Assembly: GCF_963921235.1 (NCBI RefSeq) | Contig: NC_086107.1 | Coordinates: forward strand, 115,322,001-115,386,000 | Direction of reading: 5' to 3' | DNA: 64,000 bases | Origin: Mobula hypostoma | Lineage: Eukaryota | Shown here: piece after piece, positions 61,722-64,000 of the stretch | How positions within the stretch are numbered: position 1 is the first letter of the stretch | How the letters are laid out: every line of letters begins with the position of its first letter | Notes under the pieces: generated by a model | Told to the model about the DNA's origin: nothing | Seen by the model: only the letters and a program-made list of their open reading frames with translations | Databases searched by the model: none | Translations under genes and position numbers: made by a program

Positions 61722-64000
61722 ATATTGTGCATTCAGTGGTCCGCCGATAACATCCGCAGTTTGACACACGTTGGAATAATAACATCAAGAAAACGTTTTG
61801 AAGCTTTGTCTATTTTATGTATCTATTCACCTTCATGCATATAAATATTCAATGCCGTGATGCGCGGCTCTCTGGATTACAAAATAATTTCTTTCATGCG
61901 GAATGTAATTAAATCTTTTCCACATTTCTATATTTAGAAACTGGTTTGGGCCGCGTTCTCTTGGCAAATACAGTAATACATTGAGCAGAATCAGTCAAAT
62001 CCACGAAAATCAATACAGCATACCTGTAGTCTTTCAATTTTTTATTTCGAACAACAGGCGGGACATTTAAGTAGGATTTTACAATTCAGCCAAAGCTTTA
62101 GTCGGATGACCAAGCGTCGTGGTTGCAATCATGTCAGATGTTTCCTGTTAAGTATTGAACAACGATTGATTACTCGTTTTGGAGCCCAATCTGCTGTATC
62201 ATGTTTGTGAATCGAAGTCGAACGAGATAATGCCCTGGAACAGGAGTGCCGGGTCAAAGGATCATTTCATTATTGATTATGGTGGGAGTGCCGGTTCATT
62301 ATTATCCTGAACTCCCCCTTTTTTACGACTGGAGATTCGAAGGTGTCCGCCTAAATACGTCGGCTGAAGATCGAGCTGACGTGAAAGTGGAGGCCAATGT
62401 TGAATCGAAGACTCGATGAGACGATTCACCTAATTCCATCCCGGTGCCACATCTGGTCCTATTGTTTCTGAAGTATTATTTTTACTCTTCTTTTATAAAA
62501 TGCTTTAGCGAGGCGGCCGGGGTGTGCGTGAGAAGCGAAAATTATCTACCTACGAAATAGAAAATGTGGTTCTTCAAATTCCTCAAGCTGTGGTAAATAT
62601 TTTAATCCCCAGTGGAAATACAGCGCCAGAGACCAACCTGCAAGACGGAGCTTCAAAGTTCAAAGTTCAAGGTTCAAAGTAAATTTATCGGCAGAATACG
62701 TGTAAGTCACCAAACACCACCTTGGGAGTTATCTTCTTGCAGACATTCCCATTCGGGCAGAGAAATACAATATAACGTATGACAAACTACACAGAAACAT
62801 ACACTGACAATCACCAAGGTGGAAAAGAAGACAACCTGCAGATTAAAAAGTACAAAACAGAATAATAGTAAGAACATGCGTTGTAGAATCCTTGAAAGTG
62901 AGTCCATAGGTTGTGGAATTAGTTCCGAGTGAGGGTGAATGAAGTTAACCGCATAGATGGTTGAAGTTTCCACTTTGTCCGGGTTCTCATGTGTTATTGG
63001 AACTGTACTCTTCGAAGCAACGGGAATGTATCTATTGCGAAATAACTTTGTACATGTATCACCGCAGAACAGATTTTTAAAATATCTGCCAATTCTCCCA
63101 AGTGCCAGGGGATATTGGGGCAACTGGGCAAGTCAGAGGCACGACCGTTCAAATAACACACTCTGTACTAGAGACGAACTAGAAAGTTTATTGAAAGCAA
63201 CTGGCAGATCAGAATGGTGGGGGATGGAACGTTGAGCATGTAGTGTCAGGAAATGTAATGGAAACTTGACCCAAAAGCAGAGCCACAGAGCCGATTCAGT
63301 GGTGAATGATAACTTTAGCAATAGACTACAAAGTAACAAGCTAGAGGAGACAACACGACAGGTAACAAGGCAAACTTTACGCAAGGAGAGTGAAGGCCAG
63401 CAGCAACTGGGAGAGGTTGGTTGGTTCAATGGGTGAACAAGGACCGTGGCGGAGAACTGAGGTAAATAGCCTGCAGGTTGTAAGTCCGGGACAAGTGGCT
63501 GGTGAATCGGATGAGCTGGGAGGACTGTGGGAGGTGCTTGCATGTGTAGGCTGGGAGGCATCAGCGGGAGCAGGCCTGACATGTAAATGGGATGTAGTCT
63601 GTGAAAAGTCGACGTAGTTAATGGACGAGAACACAGTTGGGAGGACCAGAGTATCGGTCTCGTGCTGGTAACCTGTAAAGAAAGAACTAAACTTTCAAGA
63701 ATTCATATTAGATTCCTCCTTGTCATATGGGAAAATATGTAAAACTCTGTAATGTTGCATTCTGGTATTTCCAGTATGTGCCATTCTGGTTTATTCCATA
63801 TCAGAGTCGGCTGCAGTCGGGTGCTTCCAATGCATCGGCAAGTTTGCGGCGCTGGAGGTTCATGGCAGGGAGAGTTTCTCCCTTCTGCCACCTGCGTTAG
63901 ATGATGAGTCGATCGGGACTTTGAGACTTTTTTTTTACCGTGCCCATGGTCTGCTCTTTATCAAATTAAGATATTGCTTTGAACTGTTGTAACTATATGT

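Larger units (their letters stand above)
35253..64000. repeat. tandem segmental array: unit 1 35253-39481, unit 2 39482-50890, unit 3 50891-62197, unit 4 62198 to window end
   Basis: atcatgttt(c/g)tgaatc..agtcgaacgag recurs at 35253, 39482, 50891 and 62198; the ORF track repeats with offsets of about 11.3-11.4 kb. Confidence 0.95.

Overview
Eukaryotic, repeat-rich vertebrate DNA. The repeat complement (CR1 with esterase ORF1, Rex1/Babar, Penelope-like elements, V/CORE-like SINEs) and the GPCR type suggest a cartilaginous fish, probably a ray; this is an inference. The left half (1-35 kb) holds a cluster of three paralogous class-A GPCR loci of the GPR139-like type. One is apparently intact (two exons, 12064-13544 +, 346 aa), one has a nonsense codon in exon 1 (31458-33666 -), and one is a truncated exon broken by a Penelope-like insertion (5098-5400 +). 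The two complete loci share exon structure and about 300 bp of promoter. That includes an identical 15-mer with an EBF/Olf-1-like site just upstream of a TATA box, which suggests a birth-and-death, possibly chemosensory, receptor family. The right half (35253-64000) is a tandem array: one 4.2-kb unit, two units of about 11.3-11.4 kb and a partial fourth. The two long units each carry a full-length but frameshifted CR1 LINE with a monomer-repeat 5'UTR, and unit 1 preserves the empty insertion sites. The window also contains nested LINE/solo-LTR insertions, minimal hammerhead ribozymes in Penelope ends, and a structured RTE-type 5'UTR RNA.
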